Notes: generated from the sequence alone by a model not told the origin. DNA of 64,000 nucleotides from an uncultured Leptolinea sp. (GCA_964404415.1 CAYOKC010000001.1:67-64066), one strand, 5' to 3'. Positions 1-10,635 are shown, numbered from the stretch's first letter. Made by a program: numbers and translations.

Positions 1-709
1 TACCCGTCTTCTTCTGAATATCGGCAAAGGTGTCGTCCATCTCATTCAAATACAACATGTCATTCCACCCGTCGATCAGAACGTCGTTGGGTTTGCTCCC
101 GTTATCCTCATCCGTCCACCCGCCCGGCCAGCCGGTTCCGTGGTCACTGAGGATGAGAACATAATGGTCTGCCGGGTACTGCCTGGCCGCCCAGGTGACG
201 AAATCCGTAAGGACTTTTCCGTCTGCCATGTTGACTTCTCCCAGGTCGGCCAACTCTTCTGAATTGATCTTATCCAGATCATCGTCCTGTGTAAGGTAAA
301 ACCGTTTGGCGCCTGAGAAATTTTGCTTTCCTTTGTAGCCGCCTTTATAGCGGTCAATCTGTGCAACGATATTAACCTTATCTGATGAACCCACACGTTC
401 AGCTTCATTCAGGTCGGTAAAAATATCTTCTTCCAGAATGGGGTCGTCCGCATCCTGGAACAGCATGATCGTCCAGGTATCGCCTTTATTCGTCCGGGGA
501 GCGGGTGGCGCCTCATTTGATGATGTCTGTGCTTCTTCTTCATCCGGTTGAATTTCTTCTGTCACGGTTTCCGATTCATATGAATCCGCCTCTGTTGCTT
601 CATCATCACTCAATGAACAACTGATGGTGGCCATCGAAAGGGCGATCAGAACTGCCAGGAACGCGTATAAAAATTTGTGACTTTTCCGTGGTGTTGTAGT
701 TATTTTCAT
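1..709 (-). CDS. Clostripain (peptidase C11) family lipoprotein, 5' part only (runs off window start)
   Basis: Manual translation from ATG at 709 (not in ORF track): MKITTTPRKSHKFLYAFLAVLIALSMATISC (lipobox-like), acidic linker, then WTIMLFQDADDPILE..DLNEAERVGSSDKVNIVAQIDR...NMADGKVLTDFVTWA...YPADHYVLILSDHGTGWPGG, typical C11 motifs including the His-Gly. Confidence 0.85.
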   Translation of the reverse strand, partial: MKITTTPRKSHKFLYAFLAVLIALSMATISCSLSDDEATEADSYESETVTEEIQPDEEEAQTSSNEAPPAPRTNKGDTWTIMLFQDADDPILEEDIFTDLNEAERVGSSDKVNIVAQIDRYKGGYKGKQNFSGAKRFYLTQDDDLDKINSEELADLGEVNMADGKVLTDFVTWAARQYPADHYVLILSDHGTGWPGGWTDEDNGSKPNDVLIDGWNDMLYLNEMDDTFADIQKKTG

Positions 710-830
710 TTTGTCCCTCTATCCATTAACGAGTAAAAACCGCTATTTATTGTACCAATCCCGAAAGGATAGTAGACTATGAATACTGTAAGGTTTCAAC
801 CGCAAATCCACATTGTCAGAGGAAATCCCT

Positions 831-1577
831 ATGTCATTTCGCCAGAAGCTTATCGACGGTCAATTATTATGGGGAACATTGGTTTCACTGCCGGCACCCG
901 AGATCACTGAGATCCTGGCTGATACCGGTTTTGACTGGTTATTCATTGACATGGAACATGCCGCGCTGGATGTTGCCGATGTTCAACGCATTCTTCAGGC
1001 TGGCGGAAAGAATATAGCCGGCATCATCCGGCTTCCGGCAAACGACCCGATCTGGATCAAGAAGACGCTGGATATTGACCCGGCGGGGATCATGCTTCCG
1101 CTGGTAAACAGCGGTGATGACGCCCGCAACGCGGTCAAATGGAGCAAGTATCCCCCGCAGGGAACCCGCAGCGTTGGTGTCGGCCGGGTACACCGTTACG
1201 GAGCCGCCCTTCAACAGGTCATTGAAACAGCGAATGAAAATACCGCCGTTGTGGTTCAGGTGGAGCACATACAGGCTGTTCAGAATATTGACGACATCGT
1301 CTCCGTGGAAGGTGTTGACGCGGTTTTGATCGGCCCGTATGACCTCTCCGCCAGTCTGGGCATCCCCGGGAAGGTGACAGATCCGCGAGTGACGGACGCC
1401 ATTGAAAAAGTGCGCCTTGCCTGCCAGAAAAAGAAAATGCCCATCGGTATCTTCACGGCATCCATCCCGTTCGCACGTGAATGCGCGGCGAAAGGTTTTA
1501 CTCTGATCGCCGTCGGTACAGATACATTGATGCTGGTTGAAGCGAGCCGGAACTTGCTGAAAGACCTGCAGAAATAG
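831..1577 (+). CDS. HpcH/HpaI aldolase/citrate lyase family (2-keto-3-deoxy sugar acid aldolase-like)
   Basis: GFDWLFIDMEH, KYPPQGTRSVG, VQVEH, IGPYDLSASLG motifs; ATG at 831 after GAGGA (track start 813). Confidence 0.9.
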   Translation: MSFRQKLIDGQLLWGTLVSLPAPEITEILADTGFDWLFIDMEHAALDVADVQRILQAGGKNIAGIIRLPANDPIWIKKTLDIDPAGIMLPLVNSGDDARNAVKWSKYPPQGTRSVGVGRVHRYGAALQQVIETANENTAVVVQVEHIQAVQNIDDIVSVEGVDAVLIGPYDLSASLGIPGKVTDPRVTDAIEKVRLACQKKKMPIGIFTASIPFARECAAKGFTLIAVGTDTLMLVEASRNLLKDLQK

Positions 1578-1578
1578 T

Positions 1579-2136
1579 ATGTTTAACCTTGAAACAAAAC
1601 GAATGATCCTTCGGCCTCTGGATGACCGGGATATCACGGCATTTTCCGCGTACCGGTCAGACCCTGAGATCGCCCGCTACCAGGGTTGGGGCGCGCCGTA
1701 TTCCGAAGAGCAGGCCAGGGAATTCATAGATCAGATAAAACTGGTCACCCCGGGTGAAACCGGCCACTGGCTTCAACTAGGGATGGAGTTGAAAGAAACC
1801 GGTGCCCTGATCGGCGATGTGGCTTTCGTCATTATTAAAGACAGCCACCATCAGGCCGAGATCGGCATGACACTCTCTCAACCTTTCCAGGGAAAAGGAT
1901 ACGGTACTGAAGCCGTACGGGAACTGGTACGGTACTTGTTTGACGATCTTCACGTCCATCGTGTGATCGCCAATTGCGACCCCGCGAACGTTGCCGCCCA
2001 TCATCTGCTGGAGCGCGTGGGCTTCCGCCGCGAGGGCTGTTTCATTGACAGTCTGTGGTACAAAGGCGGTTGGGCTTCAGAACAGTGGTTTGCCATGCTG
2101 GACCGTGAATGGAGGGGACTTTCTTCCGCACCATAA
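1579..2136 (+). CDS. GNAT N-acetyltransferase, RimJ/RimL family
   Basis: LETKRMILR, EIGMTL..FQGKGYGTEA, N.AAHHLLERVGFRREG. Confidence 0.9.
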   Translation: MFNLETKRMILRPLDDRDITAFSAYRSDPEIARYQGWGAPYSEEQAREFIDQIKLVTPGETGHWLQLGMELKETGALIGDVAFVIIKDSHHQAEIGMTLSQPFQGKGYGTEAVRELVRYLFDDLHVHRVIANCDPANVAAHHLLERVGFRREGCFIDSLWYKGGWASEQWFAMLDREWRGLSSAP

Positions 2137-2148
2137 GGAGATGTTTGA

Positions 2149-2538
2149 ATGCAAACATTTGCTGATCCTGATGGACCGATCGAAGAATTCTCATGGGGGA
2201 GGTTTATCATTCTGGGCAAAGCACACTCCGACCAGGGGGAGGGAGTTGGAAAAGACATCCGCCTCATTGATAATGTCGTCACCGACTGGGAGGAACGCAA
2301 AGGGCATCACCTGCGGTCTGAAATGGTCACCGGGGTTTTCGGCCAGAATTTGACCACCCTGATCATCGGAATTGGCGTCGACAGCGCCATTGAAGTTCCA
2401 TCCGAGACACGTAAATATATTCAGGATAACGGGATCACCCGGTTGATCCTGTTGCCCACCCCGGAAGCCTGCGGTATGTACAACCGGCTGACACGTTCAG
2501 GCAACCGAGTGGCGCTTCTGGCACACGGCACCTGCTGA
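2149..2538 (+). CDS. Mth938-like (DUF498) domain protein
   Basis: GKDIRL, LIIGIG, LPTPEACGMYN, C-terminal HGTC; RBS AAGGAG. Confidence 0.8.
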   Translation: MQTFADPDGPIEEFSWGRFIILGKAHSDQGEGVGKDIRLIDNVVTDWEERKGHHLRSEMVTGVFGQNLTTLIIGIGVDSAIEVPSETRKYIQDNGITRLILLPTPEACGMYNRLTRSGNRVALLAHGTC

Positions 2539-2539
2539 T

Positions 2540-3541
2540 TTATATATTCCGGGTAACTGTGACAACAACCGGCTGTTCGCCGGAACCATTGATTATTTCT
2601 TCCGGTAATTGCCGTGAAGGGGAAACATCACGGCGTTGAATGGTGAATTTTTCGACGGGAAGGTATTGCTCAATAAAAGGCAATCCCGGTGAATAAACAA
2701 AACTGCCGCCGGGTTTTAACCCGTTCAAGATCCGCATATACATTCCGGCATAGCGGTCAGGATGGCCATTCTTATAACGGTGATGGAACAGGAAATGGTT
2801 GGAAAAAGCCATGTGTGAGATCACGGTTCCCCAGGAATCCGGCTTAAATTCCAGGTCAAACCAGTCAGCCTCAAACAAACCGGGCGCCGGGCTGACGACA
2901 CGGTCCACGCCCAGTGCCTTCAGCCCCAGAGATTGCAGGTGTTTCACCAGTATCCCCTGCTTGCCGCAGCCCAGGTCCAGTACCGGCGTCTTCAATGCCA
3001 GCGCGTCAAGACCGAGCAATTGGAGTTGAAAATCAGGTGAGTATTCACTGCACACCACCTGCTTGAGGATGATATTCTCCTGCACCTGCCAGCCTGGTTC
3101 ACGGTCAAAGAAACGGGAGATATTACGGCTCAGGTCTTTAAAATGCTCTTTCACCAGGGCCGAAAAATTCTGCCCGAATTCCGCATAATCGCGGGATGCA
3201 GCCAATACGGCCTTCATTCCCCGCAGGTAGGCGGTGTACATCATTAACAACCGGTCCTGCTCCTCCTGGTCCAGATGAACATACTGGTTATTGTTGTATG
3301 TAAATTCCAGGCTGGAGCGCACAAATTCACGCGCCAGATCCAGCGAATAGACCGGATCGGTGAGGATCGCCATGACTTCCACCCGGTTTTCATACAGGAA
3401 TTCCAGGTTGTCTTTCTCCAGCCGCACAAAATCACGGTCAACATGATAGACATCCAGCATGGTCTTGCGGCTGTTGGCTTTGTACCGGCGCAGGATTGTG
3501 GATGATAATTTGTCGTAGAGTTCAGGGCGTGATTGTGGCAT
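2540..3541 (-). CDS. Class I SAM-dependent methyltransferase-domain protein with helical N-terminal extension
   Basis: VLDLGCG motif, LKPGGSF; 333-aa ORF directly downstream of sdaA. Confidence 0.7.
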   Translation of the reverse strand: MPQSRPELYDKLSSTILRRYKANSRKTMLDVYHVDRDFVRLEKDNLEFLYENRVEVMAILTDPVYSLDLAREFVRSSLEFTYNNNQYVHLDQEEQDRLLMMYTAYLRGMKAVLAASRDYAEFGQNFSALVKEHFKDLSRNISRFFDREPGWQVQENIILKQVVCSEYSPDFQLQLLGLDALALKTPVLDLGCGKQGILVKHLQSLGLKALGVDRVVSPAPGLFEADWFDLEFKPDSWGTVISHMAFSNHFLFHHRYKNGHPDRYAGMYMRILNGLKPGGSFVYSPGLPFIEQYLPVEKFTIQRRDVSPSRQLPEEIINGSGEQPVVVTVTRNI

Positions 3542-3557
3542 ACGCGAAGTGTATTTT

Positions 3558-4781
3558 TTATTTTTTATTGTCGGGTTGCTGCCTGCGCGGGAACCGGTAG
3601 GTTATCGCCAATCCACCTTCGGCTGTTTCCCGGTAAACACGGGGCAGATCTTCACCGGTCTGTTTCATCACGGTGACCACTTCATCAAACGAAACGCGGT
3701 GCGCGCCGTCTGAATAGGTGGCGAAAGTGGCACAATCCATGGCGCGGGTGGCGGCAAACACATTGCGCTCTATGCAGGGGATCTGCACCAGCCCGTTGAC
3801 CGGGTCACAGGTGAGGCCCAGATGGTGTTCCAGACCCATTTCCGCCGCGTATTCGATCTGGCGGATGGTACCACCCATCAACTGCGCGGCTGCCCCCGCC
3901 GCCATGGCGCAGGCCGAACCGATCTCTCCCTGGCACCCGACTTCCGCCCCGGAAATGGACCCGTTATGCCGGATCAGGTTGCCGATCAGGCCGGCGGTAG
4001 CCAACGCGCGCAGAATATGTTTCTCTGACGTCTGTATGGTATCTTCTATATGGCAGATGACTGCCGGAAGCACACCGCACGAACCGCACGTCGGCGCAGT
4101 GACGATCAACCCGCCGGTGGCATTTTCTTCAGCCACAGCCAGCGCGTATGCCGGCAGAAAGCCTTCGCGAACCAGGTTGCTGCCATTCAACAGGCTTTTA
4201 CGGTGGAACGTCCACGCGCGGCGTGAAACGCCCAACCCGCCCGGCAGCACCCCTTCGGCCTGAATGCCGCGCTGCACACTTTCATGCATCACCCGGTTGA
4301 CTTCTTTGAGGAAATCCCAGATCTCTTTCCCTTCGTTGGCTTCCACATACTCCCAGAAGGTCAAGCCGCTGGAAGTACAATATTTGAGGATCTCACTCAT
4401 GGTGGTCAACGGGTAGACGGCCTTCGCGGGAGGCGGGTTCTCTTCGATCAACGCCCCTCCACCGGGGCTGTAAACACGCCACATGTCCAAACGGTTGCCA
4501 TCCGTATCCAAAGCTTCGAATTCCATGCCGTTGGGATGCAAAGGCAGCAAATCATCCGGTTTCCAGATGAACTCAACCACCCGGGGAGACAACGCCTCAA
4601 TAATGGCTTTATCGGTCAGATGCCCGCGGCCGGTAGCTGCTAGGCTGCCGTATAGCGTCACCCGGAATGATATCGCCTCCGGGTATTTCTGAGAAAAAGA
4701 TTCTGCCGCTCGCCTCGGCCCCATGGTGTGACTGCTGGAGGGGCCGTGCCCGATACGGAACAGTTCGTGAATCGATTCCAT
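3558..4781 (-). CDS. sdaA: L-serine ammonia-lyase, Fe-S dependent, single chain
   Basis: IGHGPSSSHTMGP, LYGSLAATGRGH, TAPTCGSCG, SGAEVGCQGE, HHLGLTCDP, QIPCIERN. Confidence 0.95.
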   Translation of the reverse strand: MESIHELFRIGHGPSSSHTMGPRRAAESFSQKYPEAISFRVTLYGSLAATGRGHLTDKAIIEALSPRVVEFIWKPDDLLPLHPNGMEFEALDTDGNRLDMWRVYSPGGGALIEENPPPAKAVYPLTTMSEILKYCTSSGLTFWEYVEANEGKEIWDFLKEVNRVMHESVQRGIQAEGVLPGGLGVSRRAWTFHRKSLLNGSNLVREGFLPAYALAVAEENATGGLIVTAPTCGSCGVLPAVICHIEDTIQTSEKHILRALATAGLIGNLIRHNGSISGAEVGCQGEIGSACAMAAGAAAQLMGGTIRQIEYAAEMGLEHHLGLTCDPVNGLVQIPCIERNVFAATRAMDCATFATYSDGAHRVSFDEVVTVMKQTGEDLPRVYRETAEGGLAITYRFPRRQQPDNKK

Positions 4782-4789
4782 TCTTTTCG

Positions 4790-6769
4790 TTATACCTGTA
4801 ATTTATTGGATTGTCCGGGTGTCAGCGCGTCAGGAATGGCGTCTGCCCCGGCATTAAACGCGTCGGTTATACCCTGTTTGACGGCATTCCACCAGTCCCG
4901 CGCCGCGGACATTTTATCGTCATGGAAGCGCTCGAGCCAGGCGGCCAGATCCGGTTCCTGTAATCCGGCTGTTGACCACTGCTCAAGGAAGGTCACCAGC
5001 AGATCAACCACCCGCTCGCTCTCCCAGAAAACGGTCTTGGGTGACTCAGCTTCGTGAATGGAGCGTGCCAGATTGAACTGGTGTTCCTTGTAATTTACGT
5101 TCAATCCGTAATGCGCGGCCAGTATTTCATCGGTAATCGTCTCACTCCACTTGCGGTGGAAACGGCAAATTCCACTGTTCTCATTGAACAGTTCATATGT
5201 CATTCGCTCCACGCACTTCTTCCCCAGTTTATCCGGCGGGAGGAATTTGCTTTCATAGAAGACGAAATATTTCCCCATCATCGGCATCGGGCTGAACATA
5301 CCGGCCACCCAGTACTGGTTGGGGGTCATGTGACCCTCGTCGCCATGCGGAATAAAGACCGCCCGGTCAATGCTGCGGATTTTGTATTTTTTATCCAACT
5401 CCAGCGCAGCCAGCCGGATGCCCTGGCGGAATACATCGCCGGCCGGATCAAAGAGGATCATATCCATAACCGCCCGCGCGTACGCGGCGTTGCGGGTGCT
5501 GTCTTTCACTACATCAAATTTTCCTGGGTCGTCGGTGAACTGGAATGCCAGCTCACTGACTGGAGGGAGGTTAAAATCTTCCGGCGGGATCAGCCCATTG
5601 GCCACAAGATCCATGATCCAGGCTACCGTACCGCCGATCTGGATGGCGTCAAAGCCCATGGCGTCGCCATAATCATTGATCTCTTCCGCCGCGCGCTGGT
5701 CAAACACACCGATCTGAGGACCGAGGGCGTGGTAGGGTTCGTAATCCTTTTTGTAGATATCATTGATCTTCTTGCAGACCACCGGGCAGGGTTCACCGCA
5801 ATGCTGAAAATTTTTGGTCTTGATGGTTTCTTCGTTGAATTGCACCAGATAATGCTTGAGTATGAATTCCCGGTGCTGGTTTAACCTCTCTTCATCGGAG
5901 TGGTAAATACTGGTGTAGTTGAAACTCATAATTCGTTCGGCCATGTCGCGGTTATTCACGCCAAACGTACCGCCGGTTTCAAATTCGGGCACATAGCGGT
6001 ATTTTTCGGTGACGGATATGTCCGTCTGGATGGTCTTTTTTCCGAAATGTTCAAGGAAATAATTGTCGATCTCCGAGCTATCCCGCAGATCGGGGTCATC
6101 CCATTCACCGCCAAAAATGATCGCGGCCAGATTGTTGACTCTGTACATGCGCGATCCCAACCCGCCGCGGCCAGCCCAATCGGTGACCACGGAGAGTTCA
6201 CCCTTGCGTACCGGGTTTGACCCGATGGCGCCTTCATCGGTGTACTTCGCGGATGGTCCCACGGCGCATATCCGTATTTTGCCTTCGGGGTATTCGCCTT
6301 TGTAACGGTCAAACAATGCCTGCTGCAGGGCAAAAAATCCGGTGAGCGGGCGGCCTTCGGGATTGGCATATCCATTCCACAGCGCGTCCGCGTTGACCGG
6401 TTCCAGGCGGACGAAGACTTCACCCTGCTTATGGTTCAACAGAAGCACACTGGTTTCGGGAGCGCGCCCGCGTAACGAGACATAATTCACGCCCACACCG
6501 TGAAAGGTATACGCGGCTCCCCCCATGGAGGAAATATAGAACCCGTCCCACTGGTTTGACCACCCGGTGAACACCAGCCGACGGGAACCCGGAATACTAC
6601 TGCCGGCCAGAAGCCCTTCGCCGAAGGACAGGCTGTCAGGGTACATGCGGTAACGGCTCCAACCGTAGTCCACAGGGCCCAGAATCGAGGGGTCATCAAT
6701 GGGTTTTAAGTACCAGTGCTCATTATTCAGGTGAACAGTCAATTCACGTTGGATGATGGGGTAGGTCAT
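4790..6769 (-). CDS. Aldehyde:ferredoxin oxidoreductase family (W/Mo-pterin)
   Basis: SSMGG, ICAVGP, WAGRGGLGS, CGEPCPVVCKK, DYEPYHALGP, DAMGFDAI, GICRFHR. Confidence 0.85.
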   Translation of the reverse strand: MTYPIIQRELTVHLNNEHWYLKPIDDPSILGPVDYGWSRYRMYPDSLSFGEGLLAGSSIPGSRRLVFTGWSNQWDGFYISSMGGAAYTFHGVGVNYVSLRGRAPETSVLLLNHKQGEVFVRLEPVNADALWNGYANPEGRPLTGFFALQQALFDRYKGEYPEGKIRICAVGPSAKYTDEGAIGSNPVRKGELSVVTDWAGRGGLGSRMYRVNNLAAIIFGGEWDDPDLRDSSEIDNYFLEHFGKKTIQTDISVTEKYRYVPEFETGGTFGVNNRDMAERIMSFNYTSIYHSDEERLNQHREFILKHYLVQFNEETIKTKNFQHCGEPCPVVCKKINDIYKKDYEPYHALGPQIGVFDQRAAEEINDYGDAMGFDAIQIGGTVAWIMDLVANGLIPPEDFNLPPVSELAFQFTDDPGKFDVVKDSTRNAAYARAVMDMILFDPAGDVFRQGIRLAALELDKKYKIRSIDRAVFIPHGDEGHMTPNQYWVAGMFSPMPMMGKYFVFYESKFLPPDKLGKKCVERMTYELFNENSGICRFHRKWSETITDEILAAHYGLNVNYKEHQFNLARSIHEAESPKTVFWESERVVDLLVTFLEQWSTAGLQEPDLAAWLERFHDDKMSAARDWWNAVKQGITDAFNAGADAIPDALTPGQSNKLQV

Positions 6770-6963
6770 GCGTACATTCCTCTTCCTGCCGGGATCAGCT
6801 TCAATACACCATAATCATATCAGTTTGTGCAAACGGGAATAGTTTTTCTCTAAAATTTATTGCGCTTTTGACGAATAATTCTGATAATCATATAAGGCTT
6901 TCACCCGGTTTTTCATGCTGAAATGGCAGGAAACTGACGAAATTCTGTTGGAGGAAAAGTTAT

Positions 6964-9306
6964 TTGACCAGAACAAAGACAATACCTCAAAACCCCGGCG
7001 AAATAATTGAGGGCAGGGAATCCTTATTCCGAAAAGACCTTTGGACACAGGAGGTTATTGGTTTAATTCTTCTCGCCATCATCATCCCCGGCCTTCTGGT
7101 TAGTTTCTTCCACATTACAGGAACAATCAGCCTGCAGCAGGCATTGCCTGTCTATGTTGTATTTATTCTCATTTTGATCAGTTGGATCGCCTCAAAGCGA
7201 GGCGGATGGATATGGGCGGGGTATGTGCCGGCCGCTGCTGCTTTTCTATTTGGATTACATATCCTGTTTCAAAGTAAAGACTTCAGAAATACCACAATCT
7301 TCATATTCTGTTTATCCATAGTGCTTTCGGGAATGTTGCAGGGAAAAAGAACCGGGGTTTTCTACAGCATTCTCAGCGCGGTCGCCTTTCCGGTTCTTCT
7401 CTACTTCCGGTATCCGCCTTTAGATCTTCAGTTTGCCCCGTCACTCTCATCACTTGCTGTAGGGATCATTGTTTCGCTTATGCTTCAAAACTGGTACGCG
7501 AACCGCCTGAAAGAAACTCTGGCAGAACGGTTTATGGCAGAGAAAAAAGCGAAAGAAGAATTCGACCGCCGCCAACAAATTGAAGAGATCCATCATCAAC
7601 AGGAGACGCGATTGATGCGTCTGGCAGAAAACATGACGGACCTGGTGGGAGAAATTGATCTTAATGGGATGTATCTTTACGCATCTCCATCGTATTTCTC
7701 AGTGATGGGATATAACTCTGAGGATCTGATCGGGAAAAACGCGTTATCGTTTGTTCACCCGGATGATCGTGATCTTGTCAGGAACTCCATTACCAAGTCG
7801 CTGGAAAAAGGTATTCCAACCATAACCCGGTACCGGTTCAGACATGCAGATGGACATTACATCTGGCTTGAGTCCTCTGGAAAATCAAGGAGATCCGAAG
7901 AAGGATCGAACGTATCCATAATTTTTTCCACCCGTGATATCACGGTCCAAAAAAAGACGGAAGAGAGTTTACAGGCGTCTGAGACAAAATTTCGCTCGAT
8001 CATTTCATCAATCCCTCTGGGAATCCACATGTATTCCCTGGATGAATCGTCAAATTTGATATTCTCAGGATATAACCCTGCCGCCGATACCATTCTGCAC
8101 GTAAATCATAATGAATTTCTGGGGAAAACCATTGAAGATGCTTTCCCGGGGCTGGTTGAAACTGAAATTCCAACCAATTACCGGCAGATCGCGTTAACTG
8201 GAGCCTCCTGGTCTGGAGAGCAGGTTGTTTATCGAAAAAATGAAATAAAGGGGATATTTGATGTTCACGCGTTCCAGACGGAACCAGGGAAAATGGCTGC
8301 TGTTTTCGCAGATATCACTGAGAAGCGAAAAGCGGAAGAAGCGCTTCAATTATCGGAAGAGAAGTTCTCCAATGCCTTCCATATGTCACCAGACGCGGTG
8401 AGTATTACCCGTATAAAAGATGGCTTATTCTTGGAAGCCAATGAGGGTTTTACCCGCTTTATCGGTTATACCCCTGAAGAAGTGGTGGGAAAAACTGCAA
8501 TGGATATTAAGATCTGGGTTGATCCTCAAGATCGCAATCGGTTGATTGATAAATTGAAACGTGATGGTTACTACGAGAACTTGCTTGCGCCTTTTCGAAC
8601 AAAATCCGGAAAAATCCTTTTTGGCCTTATGTCAGCAAGACTGTTAATGATCAATGGAGAGGAATTCCTCCTATCCATAACACGTGACATAACAGAACGT
8701 ATTGAAGATGAAAGAAGAATGCAGGAAGCCCATGACCAGGTTGAAAAAGCGTATGAAGCCACCCTTCAGGGGTGGGCAAGGGCGCTGGAATTGCGGGAGC
8801 ACGAAACAGCAGACCATAGCCGGCGGGTGGTTGACTTGAGTCTGAAGATTGCGCGGGAGTTGTGTTTTTCTGCGCCGGAACTGAATGACCTTGAACGCGG
8901 CGCGTTGCTGCATGATATTGGCAAAATGGGCGTTCCCGATAATATCCTGTTGAAACCCGGCCCGCTTTCGGATGACGAATGGGTGATCATGAAACAGCAC
9001 CCTGAATATGCCTATCATCTGCTTAAGGATGTTGACTATTTGCACCAGTCTCTGGAAATTCCGTATTCACATCATGAACGCTGGGACGGTAGCGGTTATC
9101 CGCGCGGCTTGAAGGGGGAAGAGATCCCCCTCAGCGCCAGGATATTTTCCATTGTGGATGTTTGGGACGCGCTTCTCTCTGACAGACCATACCGACCAGC
9201 CTGGAACAGGCAGGCGGTAATGAAGTATATTGAAGAACAGAGCGGGAAGATGTTTGATCCTCAAATTGTTGCGGTCTTCATCAAACTTATGAAGGACCGC
9301 GATTAA
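6964..9306 (+). CDS. Membrane-bound multi-PAS HD-GYP cyclic di-GMP phosphodiesterase
   Basis: N-terminal TM helices, three PAS-like segments (VHPDD, RDIT..K), ET..HSRRV, LLHDIGK, HHERWDGSGYPRGL; TTG start uncertain. Confidence 0.9.
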   Translation: MTRTKTIPQNPGEIIEGRESLFRKDLWTQEVIGLILLAIIIPGLLVSFFHITGTISLQQALPVYVVFILILISWIASKRGGWIWAGYVPAAAAFLFGLHILFQSKDFRNTTIFIFCLSIVLSGMLQGKRTGVFYSILSAVAFPVLLYFRYPPLDLQFAPSLSSLAVGIIVSLMLQNWYANRLKETLAERFMAEKKAKEEFDRRQQIEEIHHQQETRLMRLAENMTDLVGEIDLNGMYLYASPSYFSVMGYNSEDLIGKNALSFVHPDDRDLVRNSITKSLEKGIPTITRYRFRHADGHYIWLESSGKSRRSEEGSNVSIIFSTRDITVQKKTEESLQASETKFRSIISSIPLGIHMYSLDESSNLIFSGYNPAADTILHVNHNEFLGKTIEDAFPGLVETEIPTNYRQIALTGASWSGEQVVYRKNEIKGIFDVHAFQTEPGKMAAVFADITEKRKAEEALQLSEEKFSNAFHMSPDAVSITRIKDGLFLEANEGFTRFIGYTPEEVVGKTAMDIKIWVDPQDRNRLIDKLKRDGYYENLLAPFRTKSGKILFGLMSARLLMINGEEFLLSITRDITERIEDERRMQEAHDQVEKAYEATLQGWARALELREHETADHSRRVVDLSLKIARELCFSAPELNDLERGALLHDIGKMGVPDNILLKPGPLSDDEWVIMKQHPEYAYHLLKDVDYLHQSLEIPYSHHERWDGSGYPRGLKGEEIPLSARIFSIVDVWDALLSDRPYRPAWNRQAVMKYIEEQSGKMFDPQIVAVFIKLMKDRD

Positions 9307-9379
9307 CCCGCTTTTTCCAGATCAATCACATATATCCTGTCTTCCCGGCTTAGGCCATCAATCTTAAACCGGGCAATGA

Positions 9380-9652
9380 TCAGCTTGTGAACGTTTTACG
9401 CTTTTTTAGCGGCTCAAATTGACTGGCCGGAAAACCGCATACCGGGCAAAACTCCGGCGGCTGCGAACCGTAGTGGATATATCCGCACTCCTTACAACGC
9501 CAGATCGTCGGTTTTTCCTCAGGAGCATCTCCCCCGCTCTCACGCCGGGTTTGATTGGAACCGCACCGCGGGCAGATCTCCGGAAGGCTGCCGGCTGGAT
9601 GTGCATATCCACAGATCGCGCAGGTTGCGCTGGTTTGACCGGTTTCCGGCAT
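9380..9652 (-). CDS. Small double rubredoxin-like (Zn/Fe ribbon) protein
   Basis: Two CxxCGY.H...P..CPxCG units; ATG at 9652 preceded by GAGGTGG (track start 9679). Confidence 0.75.
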   Translation of the reverse strand: MPETGQTSATCAICGYAHPAGSLPEICPRCGSNQTRRESGGDAPEEKPTIWRCKECGYIHYGSQPPEFCPVCGFPASQFEPLKKRKTFTS

Positions 9653-9791
9653 TAACCACCTCTCTTTATTCTCAAACAAGTCCGGGAAAACTGTATAGCC
9701 ACTGTTCTGAATTGCTATAAGTCAGTATTATAAAAGAAGCAGAATCATTTGCGCGCATGAGGTTTTCCAGTATTCACATACAGGAGAAAGA

Positions 9792-10571
9792 ATGGGCGAA
9801 AAACGAATGCCAGTACTATTTGTCGGACACGGCACTCCTATGAATGCCATTGAAGATAACCAGTACAGCCAGACATGGGAGAGATTGGGGCGTGAACTCC
9901 CGAAACCGGAAGCGATTGTATGCATTTCGGCCCATTGGGAAACAGTGGGGCCGGAAGTGACCGCCATGGAAAAGCCGAAGACCATCCACGATTTTGACGG
10001 ATTTCCGCGGGCTCTGTTTGAAAAAGAGTATTCCGCCCCGGGGGACCCGTCACTGGCGATCAATATGTGTTCCACAGCCAAGCCGGTTACGCTGCGTCCT
10101 AATCTTTCCTGGGGACTGGACCATGGAGCATGGTCTGTGTTGTGCCGGACGTACCCCAAGGCAGATATCCCTGTGCTGCAGGTCAGCCTCGACCGCACCC
10201 GTGACGGCCTCTATCACTACAACCTCGGACGCAGCCTGCGCTTCCTGCGGGATACGGGGGTGCTGGTGATAGGCAGCGGCAATATCGTACACAATTTAAT
10301 GTTAATGTCGTGGGGTGGATACCCGTATGAATGGGCGGTTGATATCGACAGGCAGGTCACCGACTATATCATTCAGGGCAACCACGATCCATTGATCCAG
10401 TATGAAAAGCTGGGTCCCGGAGTGAAATACGCCATTAATTCAGGCGAGCATTATCTTCCCCTTTTATATGTATTGGCCATGCAAAGGGAAGATGAGCCGG
10501 TGGAATTCTTCAACGAATCCATATTAGCCGGCTCGGTCTCAATGCGGGGAGTCATCATCGGCCGGGATTGA
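9792..10571 (+). CDS. ygiD: 4,5-DOPA extradiol dioxygenase (LigB/YgiD family)
   Basis: MPVLFVGHGTPMNA, ISAHW, TIHDF.GFP, GLDHGAW, GSGNIVHNL, EHYLPLLY. Confidence 0.9.
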   Translation: MGEKRMPVLFVGHGTPMNAIEDNQYSQTWERLGRELPKPEAIVCISAHWETVGPEVTAMEKPKTIHDFDGFPRALFEKEYSAPGDPSLAINMCSTAKPVTLRPNLSWGLDHGAWSVLCRTYPKADIPVLQVSLDRTRDGLYHYNLGRSLRFLRDTGVLVIGSGNIVHNLMLMSWGGYPYEWAVDIDRQVTDYIIQGNHDPLIQYEKLGPGVKYAINSGEHYLPLLYVLAMQREDEPVEFFNESILAGSVSMRGVIIGRD

Positions 10572-10635
10572 ACCGGCTTGAAATACAATATCAATGCGCC
10601 TGTGATACCGCGCGATGCCTGGTAAGGAGAATCAC

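Noticed and set aside
76-408. 110-aa ORF in the track
   Set aside because: Alternative frame inside the clostripain-family gene that runs off the window edge
2530-2545. Selenocysteine readthrough at HGTC-TGA
   Set aside because: Mth938-like proteins normally end at this motif and a convergent gene ends immediately after
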